From an uncultured Bacteroidota bacterium (GTDB lineage: Bacteria; Bacteroidota; Bacteroidia; Flavobacteriales; Flavobacteriaceae): a stretch of DNA of 64,000 nt. Position 1 is the first letter of the stretch. Each line of letters starts with the position of its first letter. Where the stretch lies: contig CACOFE010000004.1 of NCBI GenBank assembly GCA_902626365.1, positions 14,267 to 78,266 of the forward strand, read 5' to 3'. The notes beneath the pieces are model-generated. The model searched no databases, was not told the DNA's origin, and saw only the letters and a list, made by a program, of their open reading frames with translations. Positions 21,208 to 33,460 of this stretch are shown here, one piece after another. The position numbers and the translations under genes were made by a program.

Positions 21208-21597
21208 ATGAGCAATACAAATCAACAAAATATGATTACTCAAGGCACGACATTAGTTGGTGATATATTTAGTGAGGGTGACTTCAGAATAGAGGGTAAT
21301 ATTAAAGGTAATATAAAAACATCTGGGAAAATTGTTGTTGGTAAAACAGGAGTAATTAACGGAAGTCTTGAGGGTGAAAACGCAGATTTTGAGGGAGGTT
21401 TTTCAGGAACATTAAAATTATCTGGCATGTTAACTCTAAGATCATCTGCCTATATTGAAGGTGAGGTAGAAATTGCTAAACTTTCAGTAGAGCCAGGAGC
21501 AACATTTAATGCCACATGTTCTATGAAGGGCGGAGTAAAAGAATTAAATAATAGTGAAGAAAAATCAGCCCCAGAAAAGAAAGAAAAATCAGCATAG
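21208..21597 (+). CDS. bactofilin (polymer-forming cytoskeletal protein)
   Basis: Repetitive beta-helix pattern GDIFSEGDFRIEGNIKGNIKTSGKIVVGKTGVINGSLEGENADFEG with a charged C-tail. Confidence 0.8.
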   Translation: MSNTNQQNMITQGTTLVGDIFSEGDFRIEGNIKGNIKTSGKIVVGKTGVINGSLEGENADFEGGFSGTLKLSGMLTLRSSAYIEGEVEIAKLSVEPGATFNATCSMKGGVKELNNSEEKSAPEKKEKSA

Positions 21598-21781
21598 TTT
21601 TATAATTTATTCTCAACTAGCTTTTCAAATGCTTGTTGTAATTGTAGTCGGTGTATTTTTAGGGCTTAAGCTTGATGAAATTTACCCAAACCAATACTCT
21701 TTATTCACACTAATATTTGCAATCTTTTCAATTTTATTATCAATATATTATACAATAATTCAGGTTACTAAGAATGAATAA
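21554..21781 (+). CDS. AtpZ/AtpI family small membrane protein
   Basis: Basic N-terminus followed by two TM helices (FQMLVVIVVGVFLGLKLD...), immediately upstream of the atp genes. Overlaps the bactofilin 3' end by 44 nt, so the true start is uncertain. Confidence 0.6.
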   Translation: MKKNQPQKRKKNQHSFIIYSQLAFQMLVVIVVGVFLGLKLDEIYPNQYSLFTLIFAIFSILLSIYYTIIQVTKNE

Positions 21782-22160
21782 TTTTTCAATAGAAATCAAA
21801 GATTTCTTTATTATTACCCTTACAACGTTAATTCTTTTTTTTATTCATCAATTTTTATTTTTAGAAATTCTTGAGAATGAAAAAACACCCTTAATTTCAA
21901 TATATTTTTTTAACTATTTTGCGGTTCTAGTTTTGCTGTTTTTTTTTAAACTTAACCTAAACTACAAACTAACAAATCCTCTAACTTCTTTTGTAATACT
22001 TACATTTATAAAGATGCTTGCAGTTGTTACTTACTTTATTTATTATAACAATTACCAAGATTTTGATATAACGATGGTAGTATATAATTTTTTCCCAGTA
22101 TATTTTTTATTGTTGACAATGGAAATCCTCAATCTCAAAAAATCATTAAACAACATTTAA
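21774..22160 (+). CDS. membrane protein of unknown function inside the atp operon leader
   Basis: 128 aa with 4 TM segments, lying between atpZ and atpB. Confidence 0.5.
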   Translation: MNNFSIEIKDFFIITLTTLILFFIHQFLFLEILENEKTPLISIYFFNYFAVLVLLFFFKLNLNYKLTNPLTSFVILTFIKMLAVVTYFIYYNNYQDFDITMVVYNFFPVYFLLLTMEILNLKKSLNNI

Positions 22161-22175
22161 AACTTCTTGATTTAT

Positions 22176-22210
22176 TTTGTTTGAAATTTCCTTTAATGTG
22201 CTTACATTTG
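22176..22210 (+). promoter_or_regulatory. candidate Bacteroidota promoter (-33 TTTG / -7 TACATTTG) for atpB
   Basis: TTTGTTTG at 22176-22183 and TACATTTG at 22203-22210, with a 19-nt spacer. The ATG follows 33 nt downstream. Confidence 0.4.
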
Positions 22211-22243
22211 CAACCATATTAATAAGAAGAAATTTTAGCAAAA

Positions 22244-23592
<1,349 letters not shown>

Positions 23593-23623
23593 ATATATAA
23601 ATTATTTTAATTAATTAATTAAT

Positions 23624-24118
23624 ATGGATTTAGTTACCCCAGATATTGGTCTTATTTTTTGGACAACCATTTCATTTGCTATCCTATACTTTATTCTTGC
23701 AAAATTTGCATGGAAACCAATTTTAGGAGCAGTAACTGAAAGGGAAAAGTCAATTACAGATGCTCTTTCTGCAGCTGAAAAAGCAAAAGAGGAAATGGCA
23801 AATCTAAAAGCTGATAACGAAAAGATTTTAAGTGAGGCAAAGCTTCAAAGGGAATCTTTACTAAAGGAAGCAAGAGAGATTAAATCTAAAATTATTGCTG
23901 ATGCCGAAATTGAGGCAACAGAAAAAGCTAATAAACTTGTCAAATCAGCAAGAACTGCTATTGAAAATGAAAAATCAGCAGCGATGAAGGAGTTGAAAAA
24001 CACCGTTGTTGATTTATCTTTAGATATTGCGGAAAAATTACTTTCAAAAGAGCTTGATGATAAGTCAAAGCAGGCTGAGAATATTCAGAATATTTTAGAT
24101 AAAACTAAACTTAATTAA
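23624..24118 (+). CDS. atpF: F0F1 ATP synthase subunit b
   Basis: A single N-terminal TM followed by a long charged helix. Operon position. Confidence 0.85.
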   Translation: MDLVTPDIGLIFWTTISFAILYFILAKFAWKPILGAVTEREKSITDALSAAEKAKEEMANLKADNEKILSEAKLQRESLLKEAREIKSKIIADAEIEATEKANKLVKSARTAIENEKSAAMKELKNTVVDLSLDIAEKLLSKELDDKSKQAENIQNILDKTKLN

Positions 24119-24648
24119 TGCAATCTAGAGCAGCCATAAGATACGCCAAGGCAATTTATGATATTGCCAATGAAGAAAATTCTGTAAATGAAGTTTATAG
24201 AGACATGAACTTTATTAATGAATTAGATTCTAGCTCCCTTGATTTCAAAAATTTATTATCTAACTCTCAGATAAACTATCATGATAAGAAAAAATTAATT
24301 TTATCACTGATTAACGAAAACAATGTCCTTACTGAAAAACTCATAGATATATTAATCCAAAACAAAAGAGTTAAAATCATTGGTGATATTGCTAGTAGTT
24401 TTATACAATTATACAATAAACATAATAATATAAAAGAGGCTACAATAATAACAGCTTCACCCATTAATAATAAGTTGGAATCAGAAATATTATCTATGAT
24501 TAATATCAAAGATGCAAATTCTGTCAACATAACTAATGTTGTTAATCCAAATATTATTGGTGGTTTTATAGTTAGGTTTGACGGCAAGGAATATAATGCA
24601 AGTATAAAACAAAACTTAAATAACTTAAAAACAGAACTTACAAATTAA
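24118..24648 (+). CDS. atpH: F0F1 ATP synthase subunit delta
   Basis: OSCP-like protein of 176 aa. The N-terminus [10 protein letters not shown] is typical. Operon position. Confidence 0.85.
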   Translation: MQSRAAIRYAKAIYDIANEENSVNEVYRDMNFINELDSSSLDFKNLLSNSQINYHDKKKLILSLINENNVLTEKLIDILIQNKRVKIIGDIASSFIQLYNKHNNIKEATIITASPINNKLESEILSMINIKDANSVNITNVVNPNIIGGFIVRFDGKEYNASIKQNLNNLKTELTN

Positions 24649-24653
24649 AGATT

Positions 24654-26228
24654 ATGGCCGAAGTAAATCCAGCTGAGATTTCAGCTATATTAAAAAAACA
24701 ATTAAAAGATTTTGACTCAACATCATCTCTTGATGAAATTGGTAGCGTATTGACAGTTGGTGATGGAATCGCCAGAGCCTATGGCCTTTCAAACGCTCAG
24801 TATGGTGAATTGGTAGAATTTTCCAACGGAACCCAAGGAATAGTTCTTAATCTAGAAGAAGATAATGTAGGTATAGTATTATTAGGAACCTCTACAGACA
24901 TTAAGGAAGGTGACACTGTAAAAAGAACCTCAAGAATTGCATCTGTAAAAGTAGGTGAAGGTATTGTGGGAAGAGTTGTTGACACCCTTGGTAATCCAAT
25001 TGACGGTAAAGGAGAGCTTAAAGGCGAATTATATGAAATGCCATTAGAAAGAAAAGCACCGGGTGTAATTTTTAGACAACCGGTTAACGAGCCATTGCAA
25101 ACGGGTATAAAATCTGTCGATGCAATGATTCCTATCGGAAGAGGTCAAAGAGAGCTGGTAATCGGAGACAGACAAACTGGAAAAACAACGGTGTGTATCG
25201 ATACAATTTTAAATCAAAAAGAATTCTATGATGCTGGGGAGCCTGTATATTGTATTTATGTTGCCGTTGGCCAGAAAGCTTCAACTGTTGCAGGTATAGC
25301 AAAGATATTGGAAGATAAAGGCGCGTTGGCTTACACTACTATTGTTGCAGCAAATGCTTCTGATCCTGCAGCAATGCAGGTATATGCTCCGTTTACAGGT
25401 GCATCAATTGGAGAATATTTTAGAGATACCGGTCGACCAGCATTAATTATATATGATGATCTTTCAAAACAAGCTGTAGCTTATCGTGAAATATCACTCT
25501 TATTAAGACGTCCACCAGGAAGGGAAGCATATCCTGGAGATGTTTTTTACCTACATTCACGTTTATTAGAAAGAGCAGCAAAAGTTATCAATGACGATGC
25601 AATTGCTAAAGAGATGAATGACTTACCAGAATCCCTAAAAGCAATTGTTAAAGGAGGAGGTTCTTTAACTGCACTTCCAATAATTGAGACCCAGGCAGGT
25701 GATGTTTCAGCTTATATTCCCACCAATGTAATATCCATTACAGATGGCCAAATTTTCTTAGAATCAGATTTATTTAATTCTGGTGTTAGACCAGCAATTA
25801 ATGTTGGTATCTCTGTTTCCAGAGTAGGTGGTTCAGCTCAAATTAAGTCAATGAAAAAGGTTTCAGGAACTCTGAAGTTAGACCAAGCTCAATTTAGAGA
25901 ATTAGAGGCTTTCGCTAAGTTTGGTTCCGACCTAGATGCAGCAACATTAAATGTAATTGAAAAAGGAAAAAGAAATGTTGAGATACTAAAGCAAGCACAA
26001 AATGATCCTTTTAAGGTAGAGGATCAGGTTGCAATTATTTATGTGGGTTCAAAAAATTTGTTAAGAGATATTCCAGTTGATAGAATCAAGGAATTTGAGT
26101 CAGAATATCTGAGAGTTCTTAACGACAAACATTCAAAAATTTTATCAACTATTAAGCAGGGAAAATTAACCGATGAAGTAACTGGTACACTTGAAAAAGT
26201 TTGTGCTGAATTGGTTTCAAAGTTTTAA
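24654..26228 (+). CDS. atpA: F0F1 ATP synthase subunit alpha
   Basis: Walker A GDRQTGKT plus [27 protein letters not shown]. Confidence 0.97.
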   Translation: MAEVNPAEISAILKKQLKDFDSTSSLDEIGSVLTVGDGIARAYGLSNAQYGELVEFSNGTQGIVLNLEEDNVGIVLLGTSTDIKEGDTVKRTSRIASVKVGEGIVGRVVDTLGNPIDGKGELKGELYEMPLERKAPGVIFRQPVNEPLQTGIKSVDAMIPIGRGQRELVIGDRQTGKTTVCIDTILNQKEFYDAGEPVYCIYVAVGQKASTVAGIAKILEDKGALAYTTIVAANASDPAAMQVYAPFTGASIGEYFRDTGRPALIIYDDLSKQAVAYREISLLLRRPPGREAYPGDVFYLHSRLLERAAKVINDDAIAKEMNDLPESLKAIVKGGGSLTALPIIETQAGDVSAYIPTNVISITDGQIFLESDLFNSGVRPAINVGISVSRVGGSAQIKSMKKVSGTLKLDQAQFRELEAFAKFGSDLDAATLNVIEKGKRNVEILKQAQNDPFKVEDQVAIIYVGSKNLLRDIPVDRIKEFESEYLRVLNDKHSKILSTIKQGKLTDEVTGTLEKVCAELVSKF

Positions 26229-26231
26229 AAA

Positions 26232-27086
26232 ATGGCAAACTTAAAAGAAATCAGAAATAGGATATCGTCTGTTTCTTCAACTATGCAGATTACAAGTGCT
26301 ATGAAGATGGTATCTGCTGCAAAGCTAAAAAAAGCTCAAGATGCCATCACAGCAATGCGCCCCTACTCTGATAAGCTTACACAAATGTTGGTAGATCTAT
26401 CCAATTCTGTTGACTTTGAGAATATTTATTTAAAGCCCCGAAAGGTTAACAATAAATTGGTTGTTTGCATTACCTCAAATAGAGGTTTATGTGGTGCATT
26501 TAATTCAAATGTAATTAAGCGTTGCTCTGAAATAGCAACATCTTCAAGTGAAAAAGTTTCTTTCTTTTGTATTGGCAAAAAAGGGTCTGATATTTTATCA
26601 AAAAACTTTAACGTAACAGAAACAAATAATGATATTTTTGATGAGCTTTCATTTGAAAATATCTCACTAATTGGCGACTTATTGATGAATAAATTTCTTT
26701 CTAAAGAGTTTGATAAGATAGAGATCGTGTACAATAAATTTAAAAATGCTGCGACTCAAATAGTAACTTCAGAGCAATTTCTTCCAATCGAAAACAATAA
26801 CTCCGAAGATGATCAAAAAGATTCTTCTGATTATATTTTTGAACCATCTCAAATCGAAATTATTTCTGAGTTAATTCCAAAGTCTTTAAAAACACAATTG
26901 TATAAATCTGTCAGAGATTCCTATGCGTCAGAACATGGCGCTAGAATGACAGCCATGCATAAGGCAACAGATAATGCAACTGAGCTAAGAGATCAACTAA
27001 AACTAACTTATAATAAAGCCAGACAAGCGGCCATCACCAATGAAATTCTTGAAATTGTTGGTGGAGCTGAAGCTCTAAATGGATAG
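26232..27086 (+). CDS. atpG: F0F1 ATP synthase subunit gamma
   Basis: MANLKEIRNRISSVSSTMQITSAMKMVSAAKL N-terminus and C-terminal ITNEILEIVGGAEAL. Confidence 0.95.
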   Translation: MANLKEIRNRISSVSSTMQITSAMKMVSAAKLKKAQDAITAMRPYSDKLTQMLVDLSNSVDFENIYLKPRKVNNKLVVCITSNRGLCGAFNSNVIKRCSEIATSSSEKVSFFCIGKKGSDILSKNFNVTETNNDIFDELSFENISLIGDLLMNKFLSKEFDKIEIVYNKFKNAATQIVTSEQFLPIENNNSEDDQKDSSDYIFEPSQIEIISELIPKSLKTQLYKSVRDSYASEHGARMTAMHKATDNATELRDQLKLTYNKARQAAITNEILEIVGGAEALNG

Positions 27087-27152
27087 TTGATTTACACACT
27101 TTTTGTTTTCCAATTATTATTCCTTTATTTTTAAGTAACAAACCTTCAAATT

Positions 27153-28619
27153 TTGGCAAAATTTCTGCAATTATTTAAGCAAACATTTATCTATGGAATA
27201 GCTACTGTTTTTCCCAGAATTATGAGTGTTATTTTGGTTAGAGTCCATACTGATAAGAGCGTTATAAGCGAGGTTTCTGAATTTGGCACACTTTCACTTA
27301 TTTTCTCATATATTATACTGTTCAATGTTATTCTTTCCTATGGACTAGAGACCTCTTTTTTTAGATTCTATAACAACGAAAAAAATAAAAATGATGTTTT
27401 AAATACAGCTGCAATTTCTATTATTATTACATCATTTATTTTTGCCTCACTATTTAGCATTTTTAAATTAAACATCTCAGGCTTCACAGGAATCAGCACA
27501 AGTTACCTTGGTATTGTAGTATGGATATTAGTTATTGATGCCCTTACTGTTATCCCTTTCGCATACTTAAGATTAAAAGGAGCCGCATTTAAATATTCAG
27601 TAATCAAAATCATCAATGTAATCATATATTTCTCTTTGAATATTTTTCTTTTAATCTTCCTAAAAGATCTTTCAGAATCCTATAACTTTTTGCAGAGTAT
27701 ATATTTTGAAAATTATGAAGTTGCTTATATTTTTATTGCTAACCTAATTGCAAGTTTTGTTTCCTTATTATTATTAATACCGTTTTATTTCAGAATAAAT
27801 TATCAAGCTAATTTCAAATTACTCAAGAAAATGCTTGCTTATGCATTTCCAATTTTAATTTCAGGATTAGCATTTACTATTAATGAAACCTTCGATAAAA
27901 TCTTATTAGATTTTCTTTTACCAGCTTCAATAGCAAAAACTGAAATTGGAATGTATGCAGCCTGTTATAAATTAGCAATTTTCATGACATTGTTTTCTAC
28001 AGCATATAAACTCGCCATAGAACCTTTTTTCTTTAGCGAAGCAGATAAGAAAAGCTCAAAACAGAGCTATGCTCTAGTTCTTGAAACTTTTGTTATAATA
28101 GGCTCTTCGATACTGGTTTTAGTCGTGGTAGCCCTGGATATTTTAAAAGTAATTTTCATTGGCGATCCTGAGTATTGGCAGGCCATGTATATTGTACCTA
28201 TTATTTTACTTGCCAATTTTTGCCTTGGTATATATCAAAATTTATCGGTTTGGTATAAAGTTACTGACATGACTAAATTTGCCGCATATATTTCGGTAGT
28301 AGGAGCTACAATAACTTTATTGTTAAATATAATCTTAATTCCAAATTATAGTTTCTTGGGATCGGCAGTAGCTACACTTATAGCATATCTTACTATGGCA
28401 TTATTATCCTATACGATCGGAAAAAAATATTATCCTATCCCATATAACGCCTCAAAAATTTTATTTTACATATTATTATCCATTTCCTTATCATCTATTT
28501 CTTTTTACGGATTTCGAGATAATATATTAGTTGGAATAGCATGTATAATGGTTATGAATCTTGTAATTTTGGTCAAGGAAAAAAGACAAATAATTAAGTT
28601 ATTTAATTTGATAAGATGA
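27153..28619 (+). CDS. MOP-superfamily polysaccharide/lipid-linked oligosaccharide flippase-like membrane protein
   Basis: TTG start, 488 aa, about 14 TM helices. Confidence 0.7.
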   Translation: MAKFLQLFKQTFIYGIATVFPRIMSVILVRVHTDKSVISEVSEFGTLSLIFSYIILFNVILSYGLETSFFRFYNNEKNKNDVLNTAAISIIITSFIFASLFSIFKLNISGFTGISTSYLGIVVWILVIDALTVIPFAYLRLKGAAFKYSVIKIINVIIYFSLNIFLLIFLKDLSESYNFLQSIYFENYEVAYIFIANLIASFVSLLLLIPFYFRINYQANFKLLKKMLAYAFPILISGLAFTINETFDKILLDFLLPASIAKTEIGMYAACYKLAIFMTLFSTAYKLAIEPFFFSEADKKSSKQSYALVLETFVIIGSSILVLVVVALDILKVIFIGDPEYWQAMYIVPIILLANFCLGIYQNLSVWYKVTDMTKFAAYISVVGATITLLLNIILIPNYSFLGSAVATLIAYLTMALLSYTIGKKYYPIPYNASKILFYILLSISLSSISFYGFRDNILVGIACIMVMNLVILVKEKRQIIKLFNLIR

Positions 28620-29047
28620 TTATTCAAATAGTAAATATCTCAAATAATGAGCTTCCAAAATATGAAACCCTGCTTTCAGCTGGTATGGACTTAAGAGCAT
28701 TTCTAAAAGACCCAATAGTTCTCAAGCCGCTACAAAGAGTATTGGTTAAAACAGGGCTATTTATTTCTTTAAAGCCAGGTTATGAAGCTCAGGTAAGGCC
28801 AAGAAGCGGATTGGCTTTAAAGAAAGGAATTTCTGTTTTAAATTCACCAGGAACAATTGATGCAGATTATCGTGGTGAAATAGGTGTTATATTAATTAAT
28901 TTATCAGATTCAGATTTTAAAATTGATTCTGGAGATAGAATAGCTCAGATGGTTATTGCAAAGCATGAAACTGTTTCTTGGAAAGCAGTAGATAAATTAG
29001 ATGAATCTTTGAGGGGAGATAAAGGTTTTGGAAGTACTGGCAAATAA
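28616..29047 (+). CDS. dut: dUTP diphosphatase
   Basis: Motifs [35 protein letters not shown] and [10 protein letters not shown]. Confidence 0.95.
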   Translation: MIIQIVNISNNELPKYETLLSAGMDLRAFLKDPIVLKPLQRVLVKTGLFISLKPGYEAQVRPRSGLALKKGISVLNSPGTIDADYRGEIGVILINLSDSDFKIDSGDRIAQMVIAKHETVSWKAVDKLDESLRGDKGFGSTGK

Positions 29048-29056
29048 TATAAGATT

Positions 29057-29812
29057 ATGAAAAAAATTATTCTTTTGCTTTCCGTTTTCTTTTTAAGCTC
29101 ATGTTCTTTGTTTTATAATGCATCAAAAAAAAATAATGAAAGCACCAGAAAGTTTACACCAAAAAAATCTATACGTAATGCCAATAATAATCTTAATAGT
29201 ATAGAGTATATTCAAGCAAAAGCTAAGGTTTCATTTAGAGATAATAATAAAATAAAATCAAACACTATAACCATGCGGATTTCAGCTAATGAAAAGATAT
29301 GGATTAATGCATCGCTTGGAGCCGCTAGGATACTAATTGATAATGATTCGATAAAGTATTATAATAAAATTGAAAAGAATTACTTTACATCTGATATTAA
29401 TTATATAAACGATAAAATTGGCTTTGATTCAAATTTCGAAATATTTCAAAACCTAATATTAGGTATTTTAATTCATAAATTTGACCCCTCCTCTTTATAT
29501 AAAAAAACAGCAAATAGCTATATTTTTAGAGACGATAAATTCACTATCAATTCTAAAGTAGTTCAGTCTACTGTTTCCATCAGCCCCTCCAACTTCAGAG
29601 TTCTCAAACACTCTTTTAAAGATCAAAATAATTTTTTTGAAGTATCATATGACGACTATACTATAATCGATGATCAAATTTTACCCACAAAAATCCGTTT
29701 TTCTAATAATGGATTAGAAAACCTATATATTGAGATTAAGTCTATTTCTTCTCTAGAAAAAATTAATATTCCCTTTAGGATACCTAAAAATTATAAGCGC
29801 ATTAAATTATAA
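29057..29812 (+). CDS. lipoprotein of unknown function (DUF4292/LolB-like from memory, unverified)
   Basis: Lipobox FFLSSC|S. 251 aa. Confidence 0.6.
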   Translation: MKKIILLLSVFFLSSCSLFYNASKKNNESTRKFTPKKSIRNANNNLNSIEYIQAKAKVSFRDNNKIKSNTITMRISANEKIWINASLGAARILIDNDSIKYYNKIEKNYFTSDINYINDKIGFDSNFEIFQNLILGILIHKFDPSSLYKKTANSYIFRDDKFTINSKVVQSTVSISPSNFRVLKHSFKDQNNFFEVSYDDYTIIDDQILPTKIRFSNNGLENLYIEIKSISSLEKINIPFRIPKNYKRIKL

Positions 29813-31002
29813 TGAACCCTACTAGAATACTTTTATTTTTTCTTTTGCTTATTGTCACTGATTTAAGATCACAATCACAGCAAGCCTTAGAAAAACAAAA
29901 AAAAGAAATTCAAAATGAGATAAAAGTAATTGAGTTAAAATTGTCCAACTCTTCTAAGAGAAAAGGCTTGATAATTTCTAATGCAGAGGATTTAAATTAT
30001 AAAATTAAACTACAACAAAATTTAATTAGTAATATTAATAATCAGTTAAATCTAATTTTAAACGAAATTGATGCTAATGAAATTCAGCTTACCAATCTAA
30101 AAAATAAAGAAGTGTCTTTAAAAGAAGAATTTGCTAAAATGCTTATAACAGGTTATAAGAAAAAATCTAACTTAAATAAATTGATGTTTATATTTTCATC
30201 ATCATCATTCCAGCAAGCATATAAAAGGATTCAATATTTTAAACAATATGTAAATTTTCAAAATAAAACATTATTAAAAATTAAATCCACTAGTTCAGAA
30301 ATAGAAAATGTTATAGTCGTTCTTGATTCGCAAAAGACAAATAAACAGTTATTAATAAATGAAAATGAAAATATAAAAAGAGAATTAAGTATTCAATATG
30401 ACGATCTCAATAAGTTAATAGCTGAAGTTAATAAGGATCAAAAGAAATATAAAAATGAGATTAAACAGAAACAAAAGCTATCTAAGGATATAGATAAAAA
30501 AATTGAGAAATTAATTAGAGAAGCTTTAGCTAACTCAAAAAGAAATGATGGAGGATTTAAATTAAGCGAAGAGGCTCAATTAATCTCAAAAAACTTTAAT
30601 GCAAATAAAGGTCGATTACCTTCACCTGTTATAAGAGGTAATGTGGTTTTGGGTTTTGGAAAGCAACCTCATCCAATTGTAAAAACTGCTACTATACAAA
30701 GCAACGGAGTTAGAATTCGGACATCTAGTGACGTTGAGGCTAGAACTATTTTTGATGGTGAAGTATATTCTATAATTATTTCTAAAAATAATAGTCGCAC
30801 TGTTCTTATTCAGCATGGAAATTTCTTTACAGTATATAAAAATCTTTCACAAATTTATGTTTCAAAAGGAGATAAGTTAAAGACGAAGGAAGTAATAGGC
30901 AAGATTGCAACAGACCCATTAAATGGGCAAACGATTTTAAGCTTTAGTATTTTTTATAATGGTGTTCCTCAAAACCCAAGGACTTGGATTTATAAATTAT
31001 AA
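29812..31002 (+). CDS. coiled-coil M23 peptidase-domain protein (EnvC-like murein hydrolase activator)
   Basis: Signal peptide, about 230 aa of Q/K/E/L-rich coiled coil, and a C-terminal LytM/M23-like domain (GVRIRTS...VLIQHGNFFTVYKNL). Confidence 0.8.
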   Translation: MNPTRILLFFLLLIVTDLRSQSQQALEKQKKEIQNEIKVIELKLSNSSKRKGLIISNAEDLNYKIKLQQNLISNINNQLNLILNEIDANEIQLTNLKNKEVSLKEEFAKMLITGYKKKSNLNKLMFIFSSSSFQQAYKRIQYFKQYVNFQNKTLLKIKSTSSEIENVIVVLDSQKTNKQLLINENENIKRELSIQYDDLNKLIAEVNKDQKKYKNEIKQKQKLSKDIDKKIEKLIREALANSKRNDGGFKLSEEAQLISKNFNANKGRLPSPVIRGNVVLGFGKQPHPIVKTATIQSNGVRIRTSSDVEARTIFDGEVYSIIISKNNSRTVLIQHGNFFTVYKNLSQIYVSKGDKLKTKEVIGKIATDPLNGQTILSFSIFYNGVPQNPRTWIYKL

Positions 31003-31003
31003 T

Positions 31004-31504
31004 CTAAGAAAATAGTGCTTTTAATTCTGTTGCATCATCAGCTTTCATTTTACCAGCCAATACAAGACTTAGCTGCCTTCTTCTTAAGGCAGCATCATAT
31101 CTATTTTTTTCCTGGTCTGTTTCAGGATTGATCTTATCAATTTTTGTTGGTTTTCCAGACTTGTCTACGGCAACAAAAGTGTATATCGCCTCATTTGCTT
31201 TTATTTTTTTTCCACTATCATCGTCAATCCACACATCAATAAAAACTTCCATTGATGTCGTAAATGCTCTTGAAACTTTTGCTTCGATTGTAACCGTAGT
31301 TCCGATAGGAATTGATTTGCCAAATGAGACATTATTAACAGAAGATGTTACCACAATTTCTTCCGCATGACGTCTTGCAGAGATACTAGCCGCTCTATCC
31401 ATTCTGGCTAGTAATTCTCCACCAAACAGATTATTTAATGCATTTGTCTCACCAGGTAAAACGGAATCTGTAAGTATCGTAAGTGAATCTTTTGGAGTTT
31501 TGAT
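31004..31504 (-). CDS. acyl-CoA thioesterase (hotdog fold), apparent non-canonical start
   Basis: The conserved N-terminal hotdog motif VLPGETNALNNLFGGELLARMDRAASISARRH begins upstream of the first ATG (31402). The frame is open back to an in-frame TGA at 31508-31510, with only ATC (31504), ATA (31477) and CTG (31429) as possible starts. Confidence 0.75.
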   Translation of the reverse strand: MKTPKDSLTILTDSVLPGETNALNNLFGGELLARMDRAASISARRHAEEIVVTSSVNNVSFGKSIPIGTTVTIEAKVSRAFTTSMEVFIDVWIDDDSGKKIKANEAIYTFVAVDKSGKPTKIDKINPETDQEKNRYDAALRRRQLSLVLAGKMKADDATELKALFS

Positions 31505-31516
31505 ATCTCAGGAGGT

Positions 31517-32389
31517 TTAATTTTTTATTAAAAGCCATGCGTTAATGTCTTCCTTAGCCCTAATATCTGAAAGAGCTATTCTAGCTTCTTCAACTGTATC
31601 ATAACTGTTGTAAGCAACTTGTATTAAGCCAAATTTATTGACTCCTACCTTTCTTGACTCTATAAACCCTTTATCTTTAAGTTGAGATATCATTTTTAAT
31701 GAATTTTCCTCTAGTCTAAATGAACCTGCAACAATATGAAAGCTTCCATATTGTTTTCGAATAGGCAACTTAACTACCGGCAATGATGCATTGATATTAA
31801 AAGTTGCTTTTTGTATTTTTTTCTCAATCTCTAGATTTGCTTCAGCATAAGAAGCTTTATTAAATTCATTTACACTGTCAAAATAGCTTTTTGTAAATAA
31901 TCCGGTTAAAGACAAAAAGACTATAAGCATTGCAGCATATTTTAAATAGCTATTATTAATATTTTTCTGCTGTCTTATTATGTACGATGAGTCTATTGAG
32001 TTAAACCCATAGGAGCTTTTAAGAAAAATTGAGCTTTGATTAGGAATGAAAATATATTTGCTGTTTTCTAAAGAAATTGAACCTATATTTTTTATTTCAA
32101 TATATTTTTGCTTTTCAAGTTTCTTATTTACTCTCTTAACCCAATTTATAATTTTTTGTTCTGCAGCCTCATAATTAATATTTTCATTTGATGCAATTGC
32201 ATTAAGTAGTAACCCATCATTTTTAACTACATTTTTATTGAAAGAAAGTTCTTTGTTAGGAGGGAAAATTTTAGATCCATCAGAACTAATTTTTGCTGAA
32301 ATATTTCTTGCAACGAAAGCACCAAAATTTGGGACAATAACGCAATCTTGACTTTGTAACAATTCAAAAATATAAGTACTAATTTTCAT
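31517..32389 (-). CDS. SPOR domain-containing protein (N-terminal HU-like domain, TM, C-terminal SPOR)
   Basis: N-terminal VIVPNFGAFVAR (HU-CCDC81-like), a mid TM helix (AAMLIVFLSLTGLF), and a C-terminal SPOR-like FHIVAGSFRLEENSLKMISQLKDKGF...AWLL. Confidence 0.75.
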   Translation of the reverse strand: MKISTYIFELLQSQDCVIVPNFGAFVARNISAKISSDGSKIFPPNKELSFNKNVVKNDGLLLNAIASNENINYEAAEQKIINWVKRVNKKLEKQKYIEIKNIGSISLENSKYIFIPNQSSIFLKSSYGFNSIDSSYIIRQQKNINNSYLKYAAMLIVFLSLTGLFTKSYFDSVNEFNKASYAEANLEIEKKIQKATFNINASLPVVKLPIRKQYGSFHIVAGSFRLEENSLKMISQLKDKGFIESRKVGVNKFGLIQVAYNSYDTVEEARIALSDIRAKEDINAWLLIKN

Positions 32390-32437
32390 GTAACGGCTAT
32401 TAAAATCTAAGATATAAAATTAAATGAAATTTTTATT

Positions 32438-33418
32438 TTAATATCCTAATTTTTTTCGTACTCTGCTTAAAACTTTTTCTGCTGTAATACTTGCTTTAGC
32501 AGCCCCCTCTATTAAAATTTCTTCCACTTCATTTGGATTTGAAACATAGTGGTTAAATTTATTTCTTTGCTCTGAATACTTTTCAATAATTAATTGAAGT
32601 AGATCATTTTTTGCATGTCCATATCCATATCCACCTCCCTTATATTTACTCTTCATTGCATCAATTTGATTTTTATCAGCAATCAACTTATAAATATTAA
32701 ACAGATTGCACGTTCTCCATTCTTTAGGGCTATCAAGTTCAGTGGAGTCAGTCTCTATGGATTTAATTTGTTTTTTTAACTCATTTTCTGAAGCAAAAAT
32801 ATTGATAATATTATTTTTACTTTTACTCATTTTCTCTCCGTCAGTACCGGTGATTAGCTTAGATTCTTCTTGTAAATATTCATTAGGCAGAATAAACGTT
32901 TCCCCAAAAACATTGTGAAATCTATTGGCAACATTTCTTGTTATTTCTAAGTGTTGAAGCTGGTCTTTTCCTACAGGAACAATATTGGCATCGTAAAGTA
33001 AAATGTCAGCAGCCATTAGCATGGGATAGTTAAAAAGACCAGAATTAACATCTTTTAATCTATCCTTTTTATCCTTAAAGCTATGTGCTAGCGTTAGTCT
33101 ATTGTATGGAAAAAAGCAACTTAAATACCAGGCTAGCTCAGTTACTTGTGGTACATCACTTTGCCTGTAAAAAACAGTCCGAGATGGATCAAGACCGCAT
33201 GCCAACCATGCTGAAGCAGTATATAGTGTATTTTGTTTTAATTCTTTAGAGTCTTTAATTTGAGTTAGAGAGTGAAAATCTGCGATAAACAAATATGTTT
33301 CTACATCATTTTCTTTTGAAAAATTTATAGCAGGAATAATCGCACCAAGAATATTTCCTAAATGGGGTATTCCTGTACTTTGTATTCCTGTAAGTATTCT
33401 TTTAGGTTTTTCACTCAT
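32438..33418 (-). CDS. trpS: tryptophan--tRNA ligase
   Basis: HIGH-type GIPHLGN and KMSKS present. 326 aa. Confidence 0.95.
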   Translation of the reverse strand: MSEKPKRILTGIQSTGIPHLGNILGAIIPAINFSKENDVETYLFIADFHSLTQIKDSKELKQNTLYTASAWLACGLDPSRTVFYRQSDVPQVTELAWYLSCFFPYNRLTLAHSFKDKKDRLKDVNSGLFNYPMLMAADILLYDANIVPVGKDQLQHLEITRNVANRFHNVFGETFILPNEYLQEESKLITGTDGEKMSKSKNNIINIFASENELKKQIKSIETDSTELDSPKEWRTCNLFNIYKLIADKNQIDAMKSKYKGGGYGYGHAKNDLLQLIIEKYSEQRNKFNHYVSNPNEVEEILIEGAAKASITAEKVLSRVRKKLGY

Positions 33419-33460
33419 AATAACAAAGTTAAATTTTTTATTAAAATAAATTAATTAGTT

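Noticed and set aside
31502-31519. Read-through fusion of the SPOR protein and the thioesterase (same reading frame)
   Set aside because: Two in-frame stops (TAA at 31517-31519 and TGA at 31508-31510) separate them, and the two proteins are unrelated in function.
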